From NCBI GenBank assembly GCA_044870295.1, contig JBIOYQ010000190.1, positions 1-41,238 of the forward strand: DNA of 41,238 nucleotides. Direction: 5' to 3'. Within the stretch, counting starts at the first letter, position 1, and each line of letters starts with the position of its first letter. The stretch is from Actinomycetota bacterium. Lineage in GTDB: Bacteria; Actinomycetota; UBA4738. Under the pieces are notes generated by a model. The model was not told the origin of the DNA, searched no databases, and worked only from the letters and a program-made list of their open reading frames with translations. The position numbers and the translations under genes were made by a program. Shown in pieces: positions 27,233 through 35,779 of the stretch.

Positions 27233-29230
27233 TCAGGCCGCGGAAACGGATGACAGCGGCCCCGGCAGCTCGCCGGACTGGATCACCTTCAGCGTCTGCG
27301 TCGCCCGAGTCAGCGCGACGTACAGGCGACGGTACCCATCCGACCCGCCCGCCACGATGTCGGCCGGCTCCACCACCACCACGTGATCGAACTCCAACCC
27401 CTTCGCGTGCCTCGGGGTCAGCACCGTGATCTTGCGCCCGCGTCCCCAGTCGGCGGCGTCCACCTCCAGCCCGTTGACCCTCGCTCGCACCAGCAGGTCG
27501 TCGAGCATCCCGTCCGGCACGATCACCCCCAGGGTCCCCCGCCGTGACATGGCGCCCTCCATCTCCCGGAGCAGCGTTCGCCCCACGTCGCCCGATTCCA
27601 CTCGCATGAACGACGGCTCCTCCCCATCCCGGATCGCCTCCGGCCCCCGCAGCCCGGACCCCACCATCGGCAGCAGCCGACCCGCCAGCTGGAGGATCTG
27701 CCGCGGCACGCGATACCCGATGGTCAGTTCCTCCACCCGTGTCCGTTCGCTTCCGCCCCCCGGCAGGTGGGCCAGCACCTCGTCCCACGTCGAATGCGGC
27801 CACAACCCCGTCGCCTGCGCCACGTCGCCCAGCACCGTGATCGACCCCGACGGTGCTCGCCGCGCGATCATTCGCAGCTGCATCGGGCTGTAGTCCTGCG
27901 CCTCGTCCACGATCACGTGCCCGTACGTCCTCGGCGTCCCGGCGATCAACGCTTGCGCCTCGTCGATCAGCGCGCCGTCCGCCGCGCTCCACCCGCCGTC
28001 GGAGACCGGCCATCCCTTCGATCCCACCACGCCGTGCACCAGATCCGCCGGACGCACCGTCGGCCACACCCGGTCGAGCAACCCGCGGAAGGCGGGGTCG
28101 GCCGACAACCTCCGCAGCACGTCGCGGGGCTCGTCCCCGACGGCGGCAGCGCCCCCGGCCTTGGCCAGCACCCGATCGGCCATCAGCACGGCGAATCGGT
28201 CGCGTCGCTCGCGATACGGCGCCGCCGATGTGTGGGCCGACGCCAGCGCCGCCTCGACGTCGGCCGGATCGACCGTCACCGCCCGCAGTCCCACGCGCAG
28301 CTGTACCGGACGCCGAGGCGGCTTCGTCTCGGCCACCAGGGCCGCGCGCAAAACGTTCGCCATCGCCGCCTCACCCTTCTGGCGCGCGATCTCGTCGGGC
28401 TCCTCGCGCTCGACGCGCACCGATGCCAGCTCGTCGATCGCCTTCTGCACCACGGTGGTCTCGCCCAGGTTCGGGAGCACCCGTTCGACATACCGCATGA
28501 ACGCGCTGTTCGGCCCGACGATCAGCACGCCGGTGCGACCGAGCGACGTCCGCATCGAATACAGGAGGTACGCCGCCCGATGCAGCCCCACCGCCGTCTT
28601 CCCGGTCCCCGGCCCGCCCTGCACCACCAGGATCCCGTCGGCCGGAGCTCGGATCAGCCGGTCCTGCTCCCGTTGGATGGTGGCGGCCACGTCGCGCATC
28701 CGACCGGTTCGCTCACGGCCCAACTCGGCGAGCAGCGCGTCGCCGGCGCGAACCAGCGGCCCCGCCGCCTCCGCCGACCGAACGGCGTGCGCGGCGAACT
28801 CCTCGTCCTGGATGTCGAGGAGCAGCCGGCCCTCGGTGAGGAAGCTCCGGCGGCGCTCCAGCTCCCAGGGGTCGTCCCACGTGGCCTGGTAGAAGGCCTC
28901 GGCCATGGGCGCGCGCCAGTCGATCACCACGGGATCGAGGTTCTGCTCGTGCACATGCCGTCGCCCGATGTAGTAGCGGTCGCCGTCCACGCGATCGATC
29001 CGGCCGAAGCACAACGCCGACTCCTCGGACAGGTCGGCCAGGCGGGACAGGAACATCTGGTAGATCGCTTCCTCGGCGTACGGGTCTCCGGCCACCACGA
29101 TCCGCAGGCCGCGCGAGGCCTGCTGGCGCATCTCCTCCAGGCACTCGTAGGCGTGGTCGAGATACGCCTGTTCGGCGGTCAACCCGGGATGGGGGGCAGC
29201 CGCAGTCGGCTCGGTGTCCTGGGTGTCCAT
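27233..29230 (-). CDS. helD: HelD-family SF1 helicase-like ATPase (RNA polymerase recycling factor)
   Basis: FGRID...YIGR, VIDWRAP, MRDVAATIQREQD, Walker A GGPGTGKTAVGLHRAAYLLY, VDEAQD, KGLEFD and LYVALTRA. Confidence 0.85.
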   Translation of the reverse strand: MDTQDTEPTAAAPHPGLTAEQAYLDHAYECLEEMRQQASRGLRIVVAGDPYAEEAIYQMFLSRLADLSEESALCFGRIDRVDGDRYYIGRRHVHEQNLDPVVIDWRAPMAEAFYQATWDDPWELERRRSFLTEGRLLLDIQDEEFAAHAVRSAEAAGPLVRAGDALLAELGRERTGRMRDVAATIQREQDRLIRAPADGILVVQGGPGTGKTAVGLHRAAYLLYSMRTSLGRTGVLIVGPNSAFMRYVERVLPNLGETTVVQKAIDELASVRVEREEPDEIARQKGEAAMANVLRAALVAETKPPRRPVQLRVGLRAVTVDPADVEAALASAHTSAAPYRERRDRFAVLMADRVLAKAGGAAAVGDEPRDVLRRLSADPAFRGLLDRVWPTVRPADLVHGVVGSKGWPVSDGGWSAADGALIDEAQALIAGTPRTYGHVIVDEAQDYSPMQLRMIARRAPSGSITVLGDVAQATGLWPHSTWDEVLAHLPGGGSERTRVEELTIGYRVPRQILQLAGRLLPMVGSGLRGPEAIRDGEEPSFMRVESGDVGRTLLREMEGAMSRRGTLGVIVPDGMLDDLLVRARVNGLEVDAADWGRGRKITVLTPRHAKGLEFDHVVVVEPADIVAGGSDGYRRLYVALTRATQTLKVIQSGELPGPLSSVSAA

Positions 29231-29302
29231 GTCCTCGCGAATTCGGGCGGGTTCCCGTACAGTGCCTCGGCGCCCACGACCCCCGACCGGAGAGGGTACG
29301 CG

Positions 29303-30286
29303 ATGAACCGACGACTGCTGGGTACGACGATCCTGACCCTCGGCCTCCTGACCATTGCCGTCATTCCCGCGCGGGCCGGAGCCGGCGCGGCGCCCGCGGC
29401 GCGACCCAGGGTGATCGCCACCATCGACGTGGGTGATGGCCCGAGCGGGATCGGCGTCAATCCCCGGACCAATCGCGCCTACGTGGCGAACTTCCGGGCC
29501 GCCACCATGTCCGTGATCGACGGTGCCACCAACACCGTGATCGCCACCGTGGACGTGGGTTCCCAGCCGGCCGCGGTGGGCGTGAACCCGCAGACCAACC
29601 GGATCTACGTGGCCCTCCAGAGCGGCGGGGTGGCGGTCGTCAACGGCAACAACAACAATCTGGTGACGACCATCACCCTGGGCAACCTTCCGGACGGCGT
29701 GGCGGTGGTCCCACAGACCAACTTGATCTACGTGACGAACTTCCTGGGCGGAACTGTCTCTGTCATCGACGGCGCCACCAACACCGTCATCAAGACCATC
29801 CCGGTCGGACAGTCGCCGCTCGGGATCGCGGCCAACACCGCGACTAATCGGATCTACGTGGCGAACGTCGACAGCAACACTGTCTCGGTGATCGACGGCG
29901 ATACCAATACGGTGATCGCGACCGTGACGGGCCTGGGGCAGAACCCCACCGCCGTGGCCGTCAACGAGCAGACGAACTTCGTCTGGGTGCCGGGACGTTC
30001 CGGCGACCTCATCTTCGCCATCGACGGAGCCACCAACCAGCTCGTGTCCACCCTCGGCGTCGGGGACTTCCCCACCGGAGTGACCGTGGTCCCCAGGACG
30101 AACCACGTGTTCACGTCGAACCAGTTCTCCAACGACGTGTCGGTGGTGGACGGTACGGGCTTCCGCCTGCTGGGCTCGCTCGACGTCGGCATGCTCCCCA
30201 CCGACGCCGAAGCCAACTTCCGTACCGGCCATGTGTTCGTGTCGAATCAGGACAGCGCGACGGTCACGGTGATCGCGGACCGGTAA
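29303..30286 (+). CDS. Secreted YVTN/YncE-type beta-propeller protein
   Basis: Signal peptide, then about 7 repeats of VG..P..V.VNP.TN.IYV.N....VSVIDG.TN. Confidence 0.88.
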   Translation: MNRRLLGTTILTLGLLTIAVIPARAGAGAAPAARPRVIATIDVGDGPSGIGVNPRTNRAYVANFRAATMSVIDGATNTVIATVDVGSQPAAVGVNPQTNRIYVALQSGGVAVVNGNNNNLVTTITLGNLPDGVAVVPQTNLIYVTNFLGGTVSVIDGATNTVIKTIPVGQSPLGIAANTATNRIYVANVDSNTVSVIDGDTNTVIATVTGLGQNPTAVAVNEQTNFVWVPGRSGDLIFAIDGATNQLVSTLGVGDFPTGVTVVPRTNHVFTSNQFSNDVSVVDGTGFRLLGSLDVGMLPTDAEANFRTGHVFVSNQDSATVTVIADR

Positions 30287-30325
30287 GCTGGCGCGGCAGC
30301 CCGTTTCCCGAGGAGGACCTCAACC

Positions 30326-30838
30326 ATGACCACCGCCACGTTCAGCACGTCCATGGGCACGTTCAAGGTTCGCCTGATGCCCGAGCACGCTCCCGTGACC
30401 GTGAAGAACTTCACCGACCTGGCCCGAGGGGACCGGGAATGGACGGACCCCCGCGACCGCCGAGCGAAAGAGGAGCCGCTCTACACCGGCACGATCTTCC
30501 ATCGGGTCATCCCGGATTTCATGATCCAGGGCGGCGATCCCGAGGGCTCGGGGCGGGGCGGACCCGGCTACACGTTCCAGGACGAGTGCCCACCCGGCGG
30601 CCCGGCGTTCGACCGCCCCGGCCTGCTGGCCATGGCCAACTCAGGTCCGAACACGAACGGCTCCCAGTTCTTCGTCACCGTCGCGCCGACGCCATGGCTG
30701 ACGGGCAAGCACACCATCTTCGGCGAGGTGACCGAGGGCATGGACGTGGTCGACGCGATCGCTCGGACCCCTACCGGACCCCAGGACCGGCCGACCACCG
30801 ACGTGGTGATCGAGAAGATCGAGATCGAGGACGACTGA
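30326..30838 (+). CDS. ppiA: Cyclophilin-type peptidyl-prolyl cis-trans isomerase
   Basis: FHRVIPDFMIQGGDP, LAMANSGPNTNGSQFF and WLTGKHTIFG; AGGAGG RBS. Confidence 0.93.
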   Translation: MTTATFSTSMGTFKVRLMPEHAPVTVKNFTDLARGDREWTDPRDRRAKEEPLYTGTIFHRVIPDFMIQGGDPEGSGRGGPGYTFQDECPPGGPAFDRPGLLAMANSGPNTNGSQFFVTVAPTPWLTGKHTIFGEVTEGMDVVDAIARTPTGPQDRPTTDVVIEKIEIEDD

Positions 30839-30856
30839 CCGCCGGGCGCCCTGCGT

Positions 30857-32020
30857 TCACCTGCCCTTCCTCCTGGAAGCCTCGACGCCCTTGTAGCTGA
30901 GGACCCCCCGGAGCTCGTGGAGGATCTCGACGAGGTCCGCCTGGTCCGCCATGACCCGGTCGAGGTCCTTGTAGGCCTGGGGCGCCTCGTCGACGAGCTC
31001 ACCGGCGCTGGCCACCTGCCACGTCCGGCCCTGCATGGCCTGAGCGAACGCTTCCTGCGTGATCTCACGCCGGGCTCGGCCCCGGCTCATCCGACGGCCG
31101 GCGCCGTGGGAGCACGACTGGTAGGACAGCGGGTTCCCCAGCCCACGGACGATGTAGGACTTGCTCCCCATCGAGCCCGGGATGACGCCCAGATCACCGC
31201 TCCTGGCCCTGATGGCACCCTTCCGCGTGATCCACATCTCGCGCCCGTCGTGAGTCTCCAGCGCCGCGTAGTTGTGATGGCAGTTGATCGAGGTGACCTG
31301 CTTCCCGCCGGTCAGCCGGCCGAACGCCCCGAGCGCCGCCGTCATGAGGGCTTGGCGATTCGCCATCGCATACTCCTGAGCCCACAGCATGTCGCGGACG
31401 TAGGCCTCGAATTGCGGCGTTCCCTGGAGGAAGTACGCGAGGTCGGGGTCCTCGAGCCCCTGCTCCTGTCGCTTGGCCAGCTCGATGTGGTGCTGGGCGA
31501 GCTGGTTGCCGACTCCTCGGGATCCTGAGTGCATCACCAGCCAGGCCACGCCTCGCTCGTCGCCGGCGAGCTCCACGAAGTGGTTGCCGGACCCGAGGGT
31601 GCCGAACTGCACGAGCGCCCGCTGCTCCTGCGCCGAACTCAAGGAGTGAGGGTGCTGGACCAGCCAGGCCATGGCCGCCTCGCTCGCATCCCGGTGCCAT
31701 TTCCCGAGGCCGGCCGGGATCCCTTCGGAGAACTGCTCGAGGATGCGCGCCAGCAACGTCTCGGGGATGTCCTCCAGGCGCCGGTCCGTCTCCACCGCGA
31801 TCATGCCGCAGCCGATGTCGACGCCGACCGCCGAGGGGATGATGGCGCTGTCGGTGGCGATCACCGATCCGATGGTGGCGCCGATGCCCAGGTGCGCGTC
31901 GGGCATCAGGGCCACCGGGCCGGCCAGGATCGGCAGGCGGCTCGCGACGAGGGCTTGGTCGATCGTCTGCTGGTCGACGTCGGAAGCCCACGACCGGAGG
32001 GTGGGCGTGAGCTCGTTCAT
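30857..32020 (-). CDS. rtcB: RtcB family RNA ligase
   Basis: PDAHLG, GVDIGCG, GTLGSGNHF, HSGSRG, HHNY, RKGA, PGSMG, SHGAGR and DEAP.AYK. Confidence 0.95.
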   Translation of the reverse strand: MNELTPTLRSWASDVDQQTIDQALVASRLPILAGPVALMPDAHLGIGATIGSVIATDSAIIPSAVGVDIGCGMIAVETDRRLEDIPETLLARILEQFSEGIPAGLGKWHRDASEAAMAWLVQHPHSLSSAQEQRALVQFGTLGSGNHFVELAGDERGVAWLVMHSGSRGVGNQLAQHHIELAKRQEQGLEDPDLAYFLQGTPQFEAYVRDMLWAQEYAMANRQALMTAALGAFGRLTGGKQVTSINCHHNYAALETHDGREMWITRKGAIRARSGDLGVIPGSMGSKSYIVRGLGNPLSYQSCSHGAGRRMSRGRARREITQEAFAQAMQGRTWQVASAGELVDEAPQAYKDLDRVMADQADLVEILHELRGVLSYKGVEASRRKGR

Positions 32021-32160
32021 GCCGAGGGACGACTCATGCCAGGGCGGAGCGTTTCGATGTGGCGGTTCGATCCATCCGCTCCAGCCACCAGGTGGCCTTC
32101 AGGTCCGGGAGGATTGGCGGCTCCACAGTTCGCGCAGGTGAACAGGGATGACGCGGCCAT
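32017..32160 (-). CDS. 47-codon leaderless ORF coupled to rtcB, with N-terminal CxxC half zinc ribbon (leader peptide or truncated gene)
   Basis: MAASSLFTCANCGAANPPGPEGHLVAGADGSNRHIETLRPGMSRPSA*. TACGCT lies 7 nt before the ATG, and the TGA overlaps the rtcB ATG (ATGA). Confidence 0.45.
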   Translation of the reverse strand: MAASSLFTCANCGAANPPGPEGHLVAGADGSNRHIETLRPGMSRPSA

Positions 32161-32216
32161 CGACCACAGCGTACCGGCCGGTGGGCGACGCCACTAGGGT
32201 CCCGGCAGGAGCAAGA

Positions 32217-32237
32217 GGAGTCTCCTCAAGAGACTCC
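32217..32237. promoter_or_regulatory. Inverted repeat GGAGTCTC-N5-GAGACTCC in the divergent rtcB/ku region; candidate operator
   Basis: Perfect 8-bp arms; same core as the 27145-27183 palindrome. Confidence 0.45.
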
Positions 32238-32302
32238 CGATCACAGTTCGTCGGCCACGAAACTATGGACGGGAGTGCCCGGGCAGATCCCCTCCTCCCC
32301 TT

Positions 32303-32328
32303 GCTTCGCGGAGAGCCCACGCGGGAAA
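32303..32328 (+). promoter_or_regulatory. Putative SigB/SigF-type promoter of ku
   Basis: GCTT-N16-GGGAAA ending 9 nt before the ku ATG; no SD. Confidence 0.4.
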
Positions 32329-32337
32329 GAACCCCCT

Positions 32338-33255
32338 ATGCCAAGAGCCATCTGGAGCGGCGCCATCAGCTTCGGGCTCGTCGCGATACCGGTGAAGCTG
32401 TACCCGGCGACCGAGCAGAAGGACATCCAGTTCCACCAGTTCAAGGCTGGCACGGACCAACGCGTCCGCAACAAGCGCGTCTCGGAGACCACCGGTCGGG
32501 AGGTCGACTACCAGGACATCGTGAAGGGCTACGAGGCCGACAAGGGCAAATACGTGATCGTCACGCCAGAGGAGCTCCAGTCCCTCGCCCCCGAGAAGAC
32601 CCGGACCATCGAGATCGCCGACTTCGTCGACCTGAGCGAGATCGATCCCATCTACTTCGAGAAGACCTATTACCTGGCGCCCGAGGACGAAGCCGGGGCC
32701 AAGAAGGCTTACGCGCTCCTCCTCTCAGCAATGGAGAGCGAGGGCAAGGTCGCCATCGGACGGTTCGTGATGCGGACGAAGGAGTACCTCGTGGCGATCC
32801 GCCCAATGGGCGGGGTGCTGGCCGTCGAGACCCTGTACTTCCCGGACGAGATCCGGAAGCCCTCGGAGATCGAGAACCTCCCGGTGCGGGCGAAGACCGA
32901 CGACCGGCAGGAGAGGATGGCCCGGCAGCTGATCGGCACGCTGTCGGCCGAGTGGGACCCGTCGCGATATCACGACGAGTACCGGGAGCGCGTGCTGAAG
33001 CTCATCCGCGACAAGGCCAAGGGGAAGGAGATCGCCGCGCCAGAGTCTTCGGAGACCACTCGGGTGTCCGACCTCATGGAGGCGCTGCGCCAGAGCATCG
33101 AGGCGACGAAGCAGGGCCGGCGGCCGGCGGCGCCCGCATCCGGCAACGGACAACGAGGCACGCGGGGCGGTCCTCGCCGATCCGCCCGGACGAGCTCGAA
33201 GACCAAGACCCGGAAGAGCACGCGGAAGCGCCGCTCCCTGAAGCGGGCGTCCTGA
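32338..33255 (+). CDS. ku: Non-homologous end-joining protein Ku
   Basis: MPRAIWSGAISFGLV.IPVKLY.AT, IVKGYE, IDPIYFEKTYYLAP and DLMEALRQS; basic C-terminal tail. Confidence 0.96.
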   Translation: MPRAIWSGAISFGLVAIPVKLYPATEQKDIQFHQFKAGTDQRVRNKRVSETTGREVDYQDIVKGYEADKGKYVIVTPEELQSLAPEKTRTIEIADFVDLSEIDPIYFEKTYYLAPEDEAGAKKAYALLLSAMESEGKVAIGRFVMRTKEYLVAIRPMGGVLAVETLYFPDEIRKPSEIENLPVRAKTDDRQERMARQLIGTLSAEWDPSRYHDEYRERVLKLIRDKAKGKEIAAPESSETTRVSDLMEALRQSIEATKQGRRPAAPASGNGQRGTRGGPRRSARTSSKTKTRKSTRKRRSLKRAS

Positions 33256-33284
33256 CCCCCGGCCGGATCGGCCATGATCGACCA

Positions 33285-34166
33285 ATGACCACCATCGCCT
33301 TCATCGGGCTGGGCCGGATGGGGTCGCGGATGGCGCACCGGCTCCTCGAGGCCGGCCACGACCTCGTCGTGTGGAACCGCTCGCCCGACAAGATGTCGTC
33401 GCTGGCCGAAGCCGGTGCCAAGCCCGCATCGAGTCCGGCTGAGGCGGCTCGACAGGCCGAGGCCATCATCACCATGGTCGCCGACCCGACGGCCCTGCGG
33501 TCCGTCACCGAAGGGCCGGACGGGACCGCCGCCGGCATGGACCAATCGGCCACGCACATCGAGATGTCGACGGTCGGGCCGGCCGCGATCGAGCGGCTGG
33601 TTTCGACCCTGCCCGAGGGCACCGCGGTGCTCGATGCCCCGGTGCTGGGCAGCCTGGCCGAGGTCGAACGCGGCGAGCTGCACATCTTCGTGGGAGGGCC
33701 GCCCGACCTCGCGGAGCGATGGATGCCGCTCCTCTCGATCCTGGGATCGCCGATCCACGTTGGGCCAACGGGCGCAGGAGCCTCGGCCAAGTTGGTGGCG
33801 AACGCGTCCCTGCTGAGCGTGATCGGCCTGCTCGGAGAGACGCTCGCCCTCGCGCTCAGCCTCGGACTGGCCAGGGACACCGCCTTCGAGGTCCTGGCTC
33901 GAACGCCGCTGTCGGCCCAGGCCGAACGGCGCCGTCAGGCTATCGAGCGCGAGGAGTACCCGGCGCGGTTCGCGCTGTCGCTGGCCCGGAAGGACGCGGA
34001 CCTCATCCTCGAAGCCGGCGCGGGATCGGGCACCGACCTGCGGCTGGTGCGAGCGGCGCGGACGTGGCTGGCGGAGGCAGAGGAAGCCGGTTGGGGCGAC
34101 CGGGACTACGCTGCCGTCCTCGAGTGGATCATCCAGCGATCGAGCAGAGGAAAGGACGGGCCATGA
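33285..34166 (+). CDS. 3-hydroxyisobutyrate/beta-hydroxyacid dehydrogenase family NAD(P)-dependent oxidoreductase
   Basis: IAFIGLGRMGSRMA, WNRS, DAPVLGS, GASAKLVAN and F.LSLARKD. Confidence 0.9.
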   Translation: MTTIAFIGLGRMGSRMAHRLLEAGHDLVVWNRSPDKMSSLAEAGAKPASSPAEAARQAEAIITMVADPTALRSVTEGPDGTAAGMDQSATHIEMSTVGPAAIERLVSTLPEGTAVLDAPVLGSLAEVERGELHIFVGGPPDLAERWMPLLSILGSPIHVGPTGAGASAKLVANASLLSVIGLLGETLALALSLGLARDTAFEVLARTPLSAQAERRRQAIEREEYPARFALSLARKDADLILEAGAGSGTDLRLVRAARTWLAEAEEAGWGDRDYAAVLEWIIQRSSRGKDGP

Positions 34167-34507
34167 GCGAGCAGGACAACGAGCAAGGCGGACGTGACGC
34201 CAGGAAGGCGTGGGACGAGGTCGGGGACCGGTTCTCCGACGTCGGGCGGAAGTTCGGAGACCACTACCGCAAGCTGGGAGCCGAGGCCGGAGCCGCAGCC
34301 GAGGAGCGCAAGCGGGCGCTCGGCGACGCCGTGAAGGAAGCCGTCGACGAGCTCGACCACGCCCTGACCGCGCTGGGCGACGCCCTGCGCGATCCCGAGA
34401 CGAAGGACAGCCTCAAGCAGGCCGCGCGTTCCTTCGGCGACGCGCTGTCGACCACGTTCTCGGACTTCGGCGACGAGATCCGCAAGCGGACCCGAGGGAA
34501 GAGCTAG
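34163..34507 (+). CDS. Hypothetical charged alpha-helical protein
   Basis: AAGGA RBS, ATGA overlap with the upstream stop, amphipathic helical composition. Confidence 0.75.
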   Translation: MSEQDNEQGGRDARKAWDEVGDRFSDVGRKFGDHYRKLGAEAGAAAEERKRALGDAVKEAVDELDHALTALGDALRDPETKDSLKQAARSFGDALSTTFSDFGDEIRKRTRGKS

Positions 34508-35661
34508 CCGTCCGTGGTCCGCATGACGAGCGTGTCTTCGTCCGCGGCGCCGACGGCCCACACGTCGCCCCCGGCAAATCCCGCCACACCGCTGAGGTAG
34601 TCGTACTCCGGGCTTGGATTCGGGCTCGGGACCACGGTCCAGGCCGATCCGTCCCAGTGCGAGGTGAAGGTTCGGTACGAGACCGTGAGCGGATCGTAGT
34701 CGGCGCCCACCGCCCACACGTCGTTCGGTCCAAGCGCGGTCACGCCGTTCAGCGACGTGAATGGCTTGGTCCCGTCGGTCGTGGCCACCACGGTCCAGAC
34801 CGATCCGTCCCAGTGCTCGACCAGCGTGTCGCCTCGGTTGTTGCTGGAGGTCTCGCCCACCGCCCACACGTCGGAGGGGCCGGTCGCGGAGACCGCGTAC
34901 AGCTCGCTGTCGGTCCGGGAGCCGTTCGGACTGGGAACCACCGACCAGGCGGTCCCGTTCCAGTGCATGACCAGGGTCGCCCCGTCGTGCGCTCCCACCG
35001 CCCACACGTCGTTCGAGGCCACGGCGACGACCCCGTGAAGGCTGGAGAACCCGCGGCCGACGTTCGGGGTGCGGGAGAGCGACCACCTCACGCCGTCCCA
35101 GTGCTGTATCAGGGGAACGCCCACCTGGTTGCTGCTGCTGTGGCCGAAGCCGACCGCCCAGACGTCGTTGGAGGCCACCCCGTCCACGGCGAACAGCTCG
35201 TTGGCGTCCTGTCCGATGTTCCGGGTCGGCACGATGGACCAAGCCGAGCCGTTCCAGTGGAGGGCCATGGTCTTCTCACTGCCGTAGTTCGCGATGTTGT
35301 GATAGCCCACCGCCCAGACGTCGTTCGTGGAGATGGCCGTCACGCCGTACAGCTCGTTGTATCCCTGGTTGAAGTTGGGGCTCGGGACCAGCGACCACGC
35401 GGTTCCGTCCCAGTGCTCGGTCAGAGTCCCCGGCGTGGAGATCGGCCGGTACTCGGCCCCGACCGCCCAGACGTCGTTGGGGGCGACGGCGGCCACGGCC
35501 GACAGATAGTTCGCCTGGCTACTGGGATTCGGGCTGGGAACGACCGTCCACGACGCCGCTTGCGCGGCCATGGCCGACGTCGGCAAGCCAACCGATATGC
35601 CGATGACCAACACCGTGATCAATCCCGAACCAACCAGCATGCGACCGCATCGAAGCTTCAT
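34504..35661 (-). CDS. Secreted repeat protein, probable 7-bladed beta-propeller (DVWAVG...HWDG..W repeats)
   Basis: Signal peptide; seven DVWAVG repeats with HW(D/N)GxxW. GGAG 6 nt before ATG 35661; alternative start at 35667. Confidence 0.85.
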   Translation of the reverse strand: MKLRCGRMLVGSGLITVLVIGISVGLPTSAMAAQAASWTVVPSPNPSSQANYLSAVAAVAPNDVWAVGAEYRPISTPGTLTEHWDGTAWSLVPSPNFNQGYNELYGVTAISTNDVWAVGYHNIANYGSEKTMALHWNGSAWSIVPTRNIGQDANELFAVDGVASNDVWAVGFGHSSSNQVGVPLIQHWDGVRWSLSRTPNVGRGFSSLHGVVAVASNDVWAVGAHDGATLVMHWNGTAWSVVPSPNGSRTDSELYAVSATGPSDVWAVGETSSNNRGDTLVEHWDGSVWTVVATTDGTKPFTSLNGVTALGPNDVWAVGADYDPLTVSYRTFTSHWDGSAWTVVPSPNPSPEYDYLSGVAGFAGGDVWAVGAADEDTLVMRTTDG

Positions 35662-35779
35662 GGACATCTCCCGAAAACGAAGGGCACCACAAGGAATACG
35701 CGCGGGGGCGGGGATGGGCTTTCGGCAATTCCTCTCGCCGTCAGCGCCGCTCTGACCAAAGGGTTACCCTTCCCGACCG

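Noticed and set aside
29231-29302. helD as rifamycin-resistance HelR with an upstream RAE palindrome
   Set aside because: No long palindrome lies upstream of the gene; the 39-bp palindrome is downstream of it.
27233-30286. 999-aa and 839-aa ORFs suggesting HelD-propeller fusions
   Set aside because: The extensions are stop-free antisense reads of the divergent neighbour. The real starts are 29230 and 29303.
32044-32090. tRNA-like or Y-RNA-like stretch (GGCGGTTCGATCC...CCACCA) next to rtcB
   Set aside because: Only 3 of 5 T-stem pairs form, the TTC-to-CCA distance is 25 rather than 23 nt, no cloverleaf is evident, and it lies antisense to rtcB. An Infernal/ARAGORN run would settle it.
32148-34166. 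Apparent 672-aa Ku-dehydrogenase fusion
   Set aside because: Ku is in another frame with its own stop at 33255, and the dehydrogenase starts at 33285.
34504-35500. Periodic DNA repeats (ACCGCCCA(C/G)ACGTCG) as a CRISPR array
   Set aside because: They are the coding repeats for DVWAVG within an open frame, about 130-150 nt apart, with no cas genes.
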